Below the pieces are notes generated by a model that did no database searches, had not been told where the DNA came from, and was given only the letters and a program-made list of their open reading frames with translations. A stretch of 64,000 nucleotides of DNA from Camelus dromedarius (lineage: Eukaryota): the NCBI RefSeq assembly GCF_036321535.1, contig NC_087436.1:43588001-43652000 (forward strand). Reading direction: 5' to 3'. How positions within the stretch are numbered: the first letter of the stretch is position 1; each line of letters begins with the position of its first letter. The position numbers and the translations under genes are program-made. Of the stretch, positions 1 to 12,321 are shown one piece after another.

Positions 1-65
1 GAAAGGGTGTGTTACATTATCAGTGAAGCTTATAAAGGATAGGACTAAGGTATGGCATTCACCAG

Positions 66-89
66 ACACACACACACACACACACACAC
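66..89. repeat. (CA)n microsatellite
   Basis: Direct read. Confidence 0.95.
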
Positions 90-504
90 CCCACCAGCAT
101 CAATTTCTTATCTCTTAACAAATAGAATAATCAGGAAATTTTGCTTTTCCCTTAAAGGTGGAGAGCCTACAGGTAGATTATAGTCACCCAGAAGAGCCAC
201 TACTGGTGACAGAGTTAGGAAGTGAGAGGAGAGCCCCACTGGGACAGGCACGAAGGATGAGAGTCATTTCAGGTGGCCCATGGGGCTGGAGTGACATACC
301 TACACCTGACAGGACTGGGAAAGCCCAGCCTGGTGGCAGCAGCTCACAAGCAATTCCCATTCCCATGTATTCAGAAAGATGAAACACAATCACTGAGGGC
401 ACTGAAAAATGGGAAGAGGACTGGAGAAAGCAGAGTACTGGGAGGAGAATAGAGGTGATCTCGGCACCTACGGTTGTTTGCCATTTGCTGTTTTATTGAA
501 GAGA

Positions 505-740
505 TGGGTGCCATAGCGGTTAAGCGCAGGGACTCTGGGGCCAGACTGCCTGAGTCTGAACCCTGGTTCTGCCACTGTCCAGATGTGGGATCTTGGATGA
601 GTCACTTAACCTTCCTGTGCCTCTAGTTTCCTTGCATAGAGTCGTACTTACTTACTTCATAGGGTTGTGGTGGTGTGTAACTCGAGAAGGGCAATGCTTG
701 GCACACAGTAAGTCCTAGAGAGCTATTAGTTATTATAATT
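505..740 (+). mobile_element. MIR SINE
   Basis: gcggttaagcgcagggactctggggccagactgcctgagtctgaaccctggttctgccact...gtcacttaaccttcctgtgcctc. Confidence 0.8.
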
Positions 741-1839
741 AAAGGTACTTCTGCTATAGCTTGATGTATACCTTCTGGGAAAAAAAAATCCTGTATTCTA
801 CACAACTGTGTTTTAAAATATGGTCTATGGGCGGGGGAAAAAGAGGCCTAGGGGGACCTCTCAGAACCTACGCATCCTGTCCTCAGGGCACTACCAAAAA
901 CTACAGCTGGTACTGCTTGGACTGCCCGGGCAGACAACTTAACATAGCTGAAAGCGGTCCCAGCAGGTGCTTAAAATGCACAAAGACGACAGAATGGAAA
1001 TGTCGGTAACACTTTGGCCTGAGCAGGCTGGTGGGTGCTGAGAGAATGCAGATGGACACGGGGCTCTGGTCCCGAGGAGCTGTCACTGAGGTGATTGCAG
1101 GACGTGATTGCAGGAGGCGATGCAACCCGGCAGGAGTCATAACCACGTGAGGCCGGGCCGAGCCCACCTGGAAGGTAGCCCTCAGTCCAGACACTTGTTT
1201 TCAATTTTCACAAAATACTGCAGAAAGTATCCCTTCTTACAGTGCAACTTATCTACTGCAGGGTCTCCACCGAGAGAAGGAGAATATTAGGAAGCTTCCC
1301 GTTTCCACACATCAGAGCCACATCCTTTCATTCAGCTTTTTCAGGGTTGAAGGTAGAATTTTGCTGTCCATTTGCCTGAACTCTTTGTCATTCTCAGCTA
1401 ATTCACAACTCATGGGGAGAAGAGGAGTATTCTATACTAGCCCCCTGCTTAATAAATTTTCCCATTTTAAAGTGACGACACTGAGGAAAGAATCATTAAT
1501 TTGTCCAGCGTCATGTAGGGCCCGAGTTCATGATCGGTGCCCAGAGACGGGACAGCCTATCTTAATCAATGTATTTGATGGATTAAGAAACTGAACTGCA
1601 AAGTCAACACTCATATTATTCCGAGCTTAATGTTTAGAAACCAACTGAAACTTTTTTGAGGTTCAGCTATATGCCTTCAACCTAAATCTTTAACACCCAA
1701 TCAGAAACACAAGCAATACAAAAACATAAATAACCGCCCCCCATGCTACCCCAGTCCTCCCATGCTGGGCACCTTCTCAGCACATGGTCCTCCCATTCTC
1801 ACCCCTGCCCCCACCTCTGTACCATCAGTCCTAAACTGA

Positions 1840-2730
1840 ACCCTCCAGACACAAGTTCATGATGAATTCATCATAATGTTTTGCTCCTGAAACCACTCTT
1901 CCTTCTGTAACTCCAATCTTGGTCAATCATTTATCATTCTCTTTTAAGCAAGAACTCTTCGATGCCTTCCTAAAATACAACCTCTTCCAGACAGTTGAAC
2001 TGCTGAATCGTGTGGATTTAACCTCTCATTCCTACTGTACTGGCCCTTAGCATCTGTCCTCTGGAGTCTACAACAGTCTCCCAACTTGTGTCCCTGCTTC
2101 CCTGCCACCACTTATGGACACCTCCACCAAAGTGAGCTAGCTCGAACACAAGGCTAGCACGGCACCACAGCACGTTGGGCCATCCATTACTTGCATTGTC
2201 TACAGCCTCCTCTCCTTCCACGTGTCTTAATCACAGTAGGCTGCTTAAAGTTCCTTAAGCGTGCCAGATGGGCTCTGAAACTTTTGATCCTTCAATCATG
2301 TCTCTCTTTCTGCCTGAAAGACTGCCTCTGCTCCCAGGTCCCACCTCCTCCTGGTCTACATCCTATGTCATCTACTTCCTAGTAATCCCCTCCTAAATCT
2401 CTAAGATTCTATTTAAGAATCATTTCCATTGTTGTGCCTTTACAAACCCACATTCCCTCCTCCATCCCCCAACTTCTGTCGAAGTGCCCATTCCCTCTTT
2501 TGGGTCCCCATTCTTTGTCATATGTAGTTCTAGCAGAGCCCTAGTGACACTCTATTGCCCTTATTTCCGTACAGATACATCTCCCTCTACTACACTCTAG
2601 GCTCCTTGAGGACAGGAACTGTATCTGAATCATTTCAGTATCTCTGGTGCCTAACATTATTCCTGGCATGTAGTTGGGGATTATTAAATGCTTGTTTACT
2701 GAATGAATGAATGAATGAATGAATGAATGA
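1840..2730. mobile_element. L2 LINE 3' region ending in (GAAT)n
   Basis: ctaggctccttgaggacagga...ggtgcctaaca...cctggcatgtag...aaatgcttgtttactgaatgaatgaatg, the typical L2 terminus. Confidence 0.75.
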
Positions 2731-2978
2731 CACATGTATAAGGATTTATTTCGACACCATCTTGTGGTCATTCCTAGAAATGGCACCTTCTCCGGGATCT
2801 TGAAATCCTGTGAATTAAGAAACATTCCCTATTTCTCCAAGATTTCCTCCTATTCTTAGCTGTCCAAAATACTCATAAACATGGAAGACTCAAGTGGTTA
2901 GCTAACTTGTAATAGTTTTTCTTCTGCTATTAAAAGAAACACATTTTTAAACTGAAAGTCTAGAACAATAAAAGCTTA

Positions 2979-3207
2979 GGGCTTACCACTATATACAAAA
3001 ACATATAAAAAACAAATTTCTTCTGTATAGCACAGGGAACTATATTCAATATCTTGTAATAACCTTTAATGAAAAAGAATATGAAAAAGAACATATGTAT
3101 GTATATGTATGACTGGGACATTATGCTGTACACCAGAAATTGACACATTGTAATTGACTGTATGTCAATTAAAAAAAAAAAAAAAAACAGTAAAAATAAA
3201 TAAATAA
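2979..3207 (+). mobile_element. L1 3' end fragment
   Basis: L1 3' UTR motif tatagcacagggaactatattcaatatcttgtaataacc, A tail, TSD aataaaagctta at 2967-2978 and 3208-3219. Confidence 0.88.
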
Positions 3208-3451
3208 AATAAAAGCTTAAGGAACCAACCTCTCAAGTTGTTCTGTATTTGTTATAAAAAACAATTACATGGATGTAAGTAAGACAAAAGCTTCTTCTTT
3301 TGAGGTTTTCTTTTAGTAACTAAATTCTAGTAGATATTTCCAGAGTACTTGTTGACCTTTCAATTATAATATTTTATGCTGTTGTGCAAGGTCAATTAAA
3401 AATTTACCATTATATACATCAGCGAGAAACCAGAATCATTATAAATAATTT

Positions 3452-3855
3452 ATGGATGGACCTGGAGATTGTTGTTCTAAGTGAAGTAAACAAGAAAGAG
3501 ATATCACTTATATGTGGAATCTAAAAAAAAAAAAAAGAAAAGACAAACTTATTTATAAAACAGAAACAGACTCACAGACATAGAAAACAAGCTTATGGTT
3601 ACCATGGTGGGGAAGGGGATGGGAAGAGATAAATTGGGAGTTCGAGATTTGCAGATACTAATTAGTATATATATAATAGATAAACAACCAGTTTATACTA
3701 TATAGCACAGGGAACTATATTCAATATCTTGCAGTAACTTATGGTGAAAATGAATATATGTATGTTCATGTATGACTGAAGCATTATGCTGTACACCAGA
3801 AATTGACACAACATTGTAAACTGACTATACGTCAATAAAAATAAACAAACAAACA
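3452..3855 (+). mobile_element. L1 3' end fragment
   Basis: atggatggacctggag...ctaagtgaagt (ORF2 end) plus 3' UTR; TSD aaataattt on both sides. Confidence 0.88.
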
Positions 3856-4237
3856 AATAATTTGGTTTATTTTCCAAGATGAAGTGTTCAGAAAGTGGCT
3901 TTAAATATTGCATGTATCCAAATGTTTTCTTTTAAAGTCAATGAGCCCAGATGACATTTCTTTTCTCCAAATTCCTGCTTAATTCCTTCTGATGCTTTCT
4001 TGATTGAGGCCATGTGTTATTCTTGAGAGCTTTTTTGTCCTGTCAGTATTCTATTCTAATTCTCTCACTTAGGACTCACCAAAGAAAAGGGTCTTATAAT
4101 CCAACAAGGAATGCATCAGAAGAACTTTAGATAGGACACATGTAAATGCCAATTCATTTACAGGAATTCCTAACTAGGAAATAGAGAAAGTTTTTGTTAT
4201 TTAAGAAGTAAAAGCCTTCTTAGCCTGGAAATTTAAC

Positions 4238-4375
4238 CTCAAACGTATTAAGTAACTTGTGTTACTGTAACTTTCTCTACTAATCAGTTCCACTGATGTT
4301 TTGTTGTGTTTAGCTAATCCTAGATATACGGAGAAAGGGCGGCCAGACATAATAAGTAAAGGAAATCCTCCTGAC
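4238..4375 (-). other. Candidate internal exon (138 nt)
   Basis: Long T-rich tract ending ttttctttag|G, open frame SGGFPLLIMSGRPFSVYLGLAKHNK..., phase-compatible with the 17-kb candidate. The donor (AG|gttaaa) is weak. Confidence 0.2.
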
Positions 4376-6446
4376 CTAAAGAAAATCAGTTGAAAAACAT
4401 AAAACCAAAAAATAAACTATTTGAGAATTATAAAATAATAATTTTTCATACAATAGTAGAGATGCCAACTAGAGTACACAGAGAGCCATCTAGGAGAAAT
4501 GGAAGTTGAATTGGAAATTTAAGAATATAAACGGTCACAAGGCCGCTCTCCACACATAAATGTCCACTTGGGCAAAGATGCAACAGGAATGAACATGAAA
4601 TGTTCCAAAAACATTAGCTTTCTAAAGTGCTGTTTGTCTAAGTTAGAGGATGTTGTAAACGAATGTCATTTATTAGGGCAATGAAGAGACATTTAAATGC
4701 CAGTGTGCATCTAATCCAAAATACCTCAGATTTATGAACAATCTTCTGTAGGCAGCAAACCAGAAGCAAAGGAGAACACTTACAGATTGGAAAAATCTAT
4801 TCAAGGTGCTAAGGGTTTGTCATAAGTAGTGGTGGTAATGTTGGAGAACAGACAAATAACAGAAGCATTTTAAAGAAAATCCATGACAATACTCGACTTT
4901 GTGGCATATGAGGAAAGTCAAGTCAAAGGGGAAGAAAAGCTCTAGTGTAACGAAAGTAGTTGGGGAGGAAGGCTGTCTTTGAGGACAATATGATGAACAT
5001 GGATGTGAAATGAGAGCCAAATATCAGGACAGAGATATGTGTGTGGGGGGGGGGGGTAAGAAATGTTCTTCCCACTCCTGATGTTTCCTGCATGTGGTTG
5101 GCTGCCCAGCAGTGTGACTCCCTCAGCCTCACTCTACCTCCTCACTCATTCCTCCCCACATGAGGCTGATCAGGGAACTTGGGAGCTAAAGCTGGACACA
5201 TATAGCATCTCTCCTTTTTCTTTATATTTGGGCAGCAATTGCCAGTAGGAAATGCATCCTGCTTTATGCCACCTGTTTAATAAGTTTTAAAGAGGACTGT
5301 CTGGTTTTACATCCAGTATTAAGAAGTCAATTTATCCCAAGTATAAGCCACATTTTCCAGTTGCAGCTTTATTAATAATAAAGATGGCATTTTTGGTTTC
5401 ATTTGTCTTACTCTTATCCCTTAACTGGCTCATATCCTGAGTGTGGAAGATGGGTTCTATCCATTGGCCCCCTAAAACCTCAGTAATATTCTTCAGGCAA
5501 TGAGATCATATAAAAAGATGATGATTTAAGAAATATCAATATATAGGTCAAAGTTAAGGCTGGTTCCCTAGGAGTGAGAATAAAGGATTAAGAGCCGAGG
5601 ATGGAAGACAGAGAGATGAATGACCAAACGAGGGTCACTAACGCATTCTAGTGCATTCAAAGCAAAAAGACCAACACAGGCCAAGTCAGGAAACTGGGGC
5701 AATATAAGAAAAAGGCGATTAAACTATTAAACCTGCTGAATAAACTATAAAGTCTATGTAGAGAATAGAAGAAAAGAACAAAAGATAAGGCTGGAAAGGT
5801 AAGTCAGAGCCAGATTGTAGAAAAATTTAGACATTTTTGGAAAGCAATGGGGAAACCACAAGTATTCTGAACAGATTTATGACTAGACATGTGCACCTTT
5901 AAGAAGCATAAACTAGAGGCAGTATATCCACTAGCCTGGAAAGGGGAGAGATACCAAATAAGGAGGAGACAGAGAAATCCAGAGAGGAGTGATAAACCAG
6001 GTGTGCAGTGGAATGGAGTGAGAGAGAGAGAGAATTAATATGAGAACTACTACGGAACTGAGTGGTCTTAGGCAGCTATTAACTATAGAGGACAAGGGAG
6101 AAGAGAGAGATATCATTTCAAAACCTGAGGCGTGTATAATACAAAGACTGGTAATGCCATTAAAAGAAAGAAAGAAGTTAAATAGGACACCAAAAGCACA
6201 GTCAACAAAAGCAAATATAGACAAGGAGGACTACATCAAACTTAAAATCCTCTGCACATCAAAGGAAACAATCAACAGGGTCAAAAAGCAACTTACAGAA
6301 TGGGAAAGAATAATTATAAATCATATATCTGATAAGGCACTAATATCCAAAATACATAAAGAACTTACACAACTCAATGACAACAACAACATTTGATTAA
6401 AAAATGGGCAAAGGACTTGAATAGACATTTCTCCAAAGAAGATACT

Positions 6447-6451
<5 letters not shown>

Positions 6452-6541
<90 letters not shown>
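6452..6541. repeat. Compound (TC)n(TA)n(CA)n microsatellite
   Basis: Direct read; abuts the SINE tail. Confidence 0.95.
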
Positions 6542-6542
6542 A

Positions 6543-6660
6543 GGGGAGGTAATTAGGTTTATTTATTCATTTGGTTTTTCAGCGGGGGTATTGGGGATTG
6601 AACCCAGGACCTCGTACATGCTAAGCATGTGCTCTACAACTTGAGATATACTCTCTTCCC
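6543..6660 (-). mobile_element. tRNA-derived camelid SINE (vic-1-like)
   Basis: Reverse complement carries the A box (tagctcagtggtagag-like), B box (gggttcaatccc) and tail ataaacctaattacctcccc. Confidence 0.88.
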
Positions 6661-7429
6661 AATAGTCAATATTATTCTCTAATCATTAGAGAAATACAAA
6701 TCAAAATCACATGAGATATTACCTCACATCCATCAGGATGGCCACTATCAAAAGAATGGAAAATAACAGTGTTGGTAAGAATAAAGAGAAATTGGAACAC
6801 TTGTGCACTATTGGTAGGAATATAAAATGGCACAGCCATTATTGAAAAGAGCAAGGACGTTCCCTAAAAGATGAAAAATAGAATTACCTTATGTTCTACC
6901 TATCCCACTTCTGGATATTTATCCAAAAGAATTCAAAGCAGGATCTCAAAGATATATGCACACCCATGTTCATCACAGCATTAACACAATAACAAAGAGA
7001 TGGAAGTAATCCAAATGTCCATTAACAGATGTATGGATAAAGAAAATGTGGTATATGCATATAATGGAATATTATGCAGCCTTAAAAAGGAAATATTGTC
7101 ATGTGCTACCACATGGATGAACCTTAAGAATGTTGTAAATGAAATAAGCCAGTCACAAAGGGACAGGTGTTGTATGACTCCACTCATGTGAAGTATCTAA
7201 AGTAGTCAAAATCCAAAACAGAAAGTAAAAGGGTGGTTGCCAAGGACAAGGAGAAGGGAGAAGGAAGAATTCATGTTTAGTGGGCGTAGAATCTCACTGT
7301 CATAAGATGGGAAATCTCCAGAGATCTTTTGCACAATAATGTGAATATACGCTACTAAATTAGACACTTAAGAATGGTTGCAATGGTAAATTTTATGTTA
7401 TGTTTTTTACCACATTAAAAAAAAAGAAA

Positions 7430-7605
7430 TACATAGCACAGGGAAATATACACAAGATCTTATGGTAGCTCACAGAGAAAAAAATGTGACAATGAATATA
7501 TATATGTTCATGTATGACTGAAAAATTGTGCTCTACACTGGAATTTGACAGAACATTGTAAAATGATTATAAATCATAAAAATATAAATTTTTTTTTAAA
7601 AATAG
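7430..7605 (+). mobile_element. Short young L1 3' UTR fragment inserted in the tail of the older L1
   Basis: Near-identical to 14645-14810 of the young L1 in this window. Confidence 0.88.
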
Positions 7606-9569
7606 AAAAGTAAAGAAGAGGAATGTGTTTATTTGGGGGGGGGGCAGTAGATGTTGAGCTTGATTTTGTCACATGTATACACACCCTGCTCCTAGCGCCA
7701 AAATGTCCTCTATAAAAATAGGAGATTATGTTGTCAACTCTGAATGCTTGAACACATCAATTTGTCTTACATGTCACTTTTTTGGGACTGTGCCCCACTT
7801 TAACTTTGGCCTCCATACAGATGCTACTGTAAATCCCTTACATGGTTCAATAAACATGGACTATGAAACAACATTCTACCCTACTGATGCCAAAACAAAA
7901 CACTCCAGGATAAATGCAATTTTGCAGATTGTTTCACAGTCCAGCAGTTGCTATTTCATGTTCAGAATCAGAAGATTGCTCCTTTTTATTACAAAATAGC
8001 ATATGCCCATCCATCAAACTCTTGTTCCATTCCTTATGGGGAGGATGACTCAGAGCCAAGGAAACTGATTGACCTTTATTTTCTACCACAAATCCATTTC
8101 AATTCAATGCAATGCAATTCGGTTTAAAAGTCATTTATTTTATGTCTATTTTGGTCTGGCCCCAAGGATCAAAAGTGAGTGAGTGAAGACTCCTACCTTC
8201 AAAGAGCTCAAAGTCCAACAAGTGAGATAACCACATACATAAATAAATATAATAATAAAAGTTCTCTTATAGCATTATCAAATGCTATAAAACATAGATT
8301 GGGAAAACCTACTTCTTCCTGTGGTAGTCACACACACACACCAAAAAACAGAAGTGACATTTGAGGACGGAGGGAAAGGAAAATTGACATTTGAGACTCT
8401 CCTATGACCTGGGTACTTTGTGTAGATTCTCTTACTAAATCCATTTTTCCAGTGAGGAAGCCAAGGCTCAGATGAGCTCCGAATCTGAGTCTGCCTAGCG
8501 CCAGAGCTCATGCTCTTTCAGGTGAGTAAAGGTATGCCCAGTGATCAACAGGACTGAAGGAACAGGAGCAAAGACAGACCCCTGAATGCCTGTCTCATGT
8601 AAGAGGAGTGATTAATGCCATGTGACTAGAGCAGAGAAGATGATGGAAATACTGGCTAAAGGTAAGTTTGGAAAAGTCAGCTGGGATTGGGTTAAGGGTC
8701 CTCTAATTAGCAATAAGTCATCTGAATTAAAATCTTGTATGCCAGTAATATTCAAATGACATTCTAAGGACAATGCCCATACAAGAAGTTCTGCATATTC
8801 TCTATGTGGGGAACTTGGGGTAGGATTTTTTTTTTAAAAGAGTTCCATTTCTAAAAATCATGTTTAAAGACCCACAGGAGCAAACAGAGCATCATTATAG
8901 ACTTTTAAGAAAAAGAAGTGGATCATCCAGATGTGATTTAGAAAGATAAATATGGTGGCTGTGTAGGGAGGATGGTCATCTAAGGAAACAACTTAGGGGC
9001 TGGATGCCAATCGGGGCCTTCAGGAATAATACAAGATAGAGCTTTTTAGGGTCTAGAGAGACACAGACACTGTTAGAATGGTAAATTCAATACTTAAAAT
9101 ATATAGAACTTGGTGATAAATTTGCTGTATGGAATAAGACATTTTAAAAAATCAAGAATGGCTGAGACTTCTAGTTCAAGCACTAGAGTAATGACCACTA
9201 ATTAAGATTGGGAAAGTGGTAGGAGGAGTCGGCTTGGAGAAAACAATTAGTTCAGAATTCGTTTTGTTTTAACATGTTGAGTTCGAGGTGTCTGCAGGAC
9301 ACACAGAAGAAGATACATGTCAATTAATTCGTGGAGGAATCCTTTCACAATGTACATGTATATCAAACCATCACAATGTGCACTTTAAATACCTTATAAT
9401 TTTGTCAATTATACCTCCATGAAGCTAAAAAAATGTTTTTAACTAATGAACCATAAAAAAAGACATCACAAAGTAGACAGATCTATGAATCTGGAACAAT
9501 AAAGAGTAGAGTTGAAGGTATTTTTAGCAGAGACCGCAAACTTTGCCTTATCCCTATCTTCCTCATATT

Positions 9570-9908
9570 TATTAAACTCACTGTTTTCACAAAGTACATG
9601 GCCACTCATTTCCCAGCCCCTCTTGAGGCTACATTGGGTCAGGAAACTATGTCCTTGTCAATGCAATTTCAGTAGAAATATCACACACAATTTCTTTATC
9701 ACTTCCTTAGAAGGAAATTCTTGACCTTCTCTTCCTGGGTGCTGGAACACAGACATGGTGCTATTGGGCGACCATGGATTGTGCAGAAAAAGACAGCACC
9801 TTAGTGGAGCAACGAGAGAAGAAAATTGAGTTCCTGGGTGACTGCATGGAGCAGAATCACCCATCTACCTCTTTGTTACAGCAGCTTAGCCTCACTCTGA
9901 CTAACACA
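9570..9908 (+). mobile_element. Old MLT1 (J/K-like) LTR fragment
   Basis: catttcccagcccctcttg...ctggaacacagacatggtg...gttcctgggtgactgcatggagcaga...ctctttgttacagcagc...ctaacaca. Confidence 0.6.
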
Positions 9909-10231
9909 GGGATCATCAGCATATAGTTGAAACTTCAGGATGAAAGAGATCACCAGAAAATGGAGAGAAAACTTAGAAGAACATGAAAATGAACAACAGT
10001 CTCTAAAAAGTGAGAAAATGTTCTTTCATAAGACCAAAAAGAAATAGCCACAGAGGTGGGGGAGATCAAGAGAGAGGAGGGTACTTCAGACAGGAAGACT
10101 GGTTTAGAAATAAAAATGCGGCAGTGGAAAACTAAGATGGAGATTGAAAAGAGGCTAATGAATTTGGTGACTTTTGCCAGAACAAAGTCAGCGAAGTAGT
10201 AGGGGTGGATGGCCTATTAAAAGTTAATAGG

Positions 10232-10410
10232 AATAGATAAACAACAAGGCCCTACTGTGTAGCACAGGGAGATATATTCAATATCTTGTAAAAGCCTATC
10301 CTGAAAAAGGATATGGAAAGGAATATATACGTGTATATGAATGAATTACTCTGCTGTACACCAGAAATTAGCATAATACTATAAATCAATTATACTTCAA
10401 CTGAAAAAAA
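10232..10410 (+). mobile_element. L1 3' end fragment
   Basis: Same 3' UTR motifs as the other L1 ends here; ttaataggaa repeated on both flanks. Confidence 0.82.
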
Positions 10411-10516
10411 ATTTAATAGGAAGGAAGGAAGCAGATACAGTTGGGGAAGACTACTGTTTCAAGAAGTAAAGAGAAGAAGAGAAATGGAGAAAAGTATTTT
10501 GAGGGTCAGGATTACA

Positions 10517-10594
10517 TTTTTTTTTTTAATTTTTTTCCTCCCAAGACCTTGTGCATGCTAAGCATGCTCTCTACCACTGAGCTATACCCTCCCC
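10517..10594 (-). mobile_element. Partial vic-1-like SINE
   Basis: gaccttgtgcatgctaagcatgctctctaccactgagctataccctcccc. Confidence 0.8.
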
Positions 10595-12321
10595 ACCTAC
10601 AATTTCTTAAATAGGCTTAAAATTTCTAAATGTATAGTGGCTCAAAGGAATTAGAAACCAAATAAGAGGGCTTATTTACCATCCTAGATCTGACTGGGTA
10701 ACCTTGCCAGTACCAACACCAGAAGTCAGAAGTAAGAGAGGAAGTCAGGGTGAGTTTTTATCCTAACCTCAGAACTTCCAATATTAAGACCACATTCCAA
10801 GAAAAATCTCTAAGATTTAATAATTAATTTTGGGAATTCACATTTCTGTAAATTCTTTAGTAAATTTTTGCATGTTGACAGATATTTCCAAACTGACATT
10901 GGTGGCACCTCTGTTACAAGATGGCAATATAAAATCCACATAGGCGCATTAAGACGGGAGGCGAGTGATGATTAATTTCCCAAAACATACTCTGTATCCA
11001 TCTATCACATCCCTACAGTTATGACAGTCCCATCCAACTTCCCCATCCCCAAGAGAGGGCTCCAGGTGCATGCCCTTCTTTAATTGGTTTCTATTCTCAC
11101 CTTCCATTTCCAAGTCATCATTTTCTGGGATAATTGGTAACAATGACTTCTCACTAGAGCCCATTTCCTTCTACTGAAAAGGAACTCAAATTGCAGCCTA
11201 AGGAAGAAATTTATTCTATATTTAACTGAATTTTCCCTGTTGTTTAATAACTAGTCCAATTTGCTGCATTCTGTAGTTATAGTAAGAGAGAAAATTAAAA
11301 AAAGAAAACACACAGTAAAGGATGCTTCTCAATATTTGAGCCCCATCTTCAGATAACTGATTATCTTAATTGACTACAATTTATTTTCTCTAATAATTAG
11401 GCACTAGATTTTGCTTTATTTCCACATTCTTTTATTTTACCTGCTAGTGAAATTTTACATCCATATTAATTGCTAAGTATGGATTTTGCAAGAATTATTT
11501 GATAGCTGTTTTGCAATTTTGTTTGCATAACAGGATTTCATGAACCACTGTTTATCCCCCTTCACAGCTGTACTCTTTATTTGGGTTATGGGGAGGGCAC
11601 TATCAGTATAAAAGGAGGGTAATATAAGAAATTTCTTTTTGAAATGCACTGCTGTGTTTAGTGTAAAGATATGCTGAATATGTTATTCTTTATACCACAC
11701 AGTAAACTCCTTCTGATACACCATGAGAAGAATTTCTCTCTGGCCCTAGTTCTAGGAATAACTATGTTTCATGTGAGCAACTGACATCCTAATTTTCTAG
11801 ATACTGAAAATCAAATAACCACTGCTTCCTCCATAGGCTTCTAGTACGCTTAGCACCAAATCAATGTTCTACCCTTACAAATGCATAAGATTTTATGGTA
11901 TATATTTTTCAGAACTAAGCTCAGTCCTAAATCCATTTTACTTTCCAACCCTTACCTTTCCTTTGCCTTAATTATCTTACCTAATTTTAATTTACTTTTT
12001 CCTTGTTCTATATATACCCTGAGAGTTTCCTCAAATTTTTTAGGGAAGGATATAAATGGATAGATCAACTGATGGATGATTGACAAACACAGCTGATATT
12101 CCTAGGATGCCCATCCTAAGTTCATTCATTGAGGCATTCATCTGACAAACACTGGTCCAGTCCCTGCTAAGGGAAAACATTGAAACAGGCACACAAGGGA
12201 TATACGGATGGCTCCTACCCTCAGGAACTTTACTTTGTACAGATAAGCCATAATACATAACTAATAATGTATGGTTAAACATGATCAGTGTCATAAGAAA
12301 GGGATAAAGAAAGTGTAATGA

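Larger units (their letters stand above)
6170..7425 (+). mobile_element. Old LINE-1 (L1M-type) ORF2 3' end and 3' UTR, interrupted by a SINE and a microsatellite
   Basis: Peptides TPKAQSTKANIDKEDYIKLK...EWE and IKKWAKDLNRHFSKED; typical L1M 3' UTR ending in ttttaccac and an A tail. Confidence 0.9.

Noticed and set aside
6321..6644. ORFs with ERER/LSLS/YIYI runs (also at 14334-14652 and 18712-18933)
   Set aside because: Artefacts of dinucleotide microsatellites.
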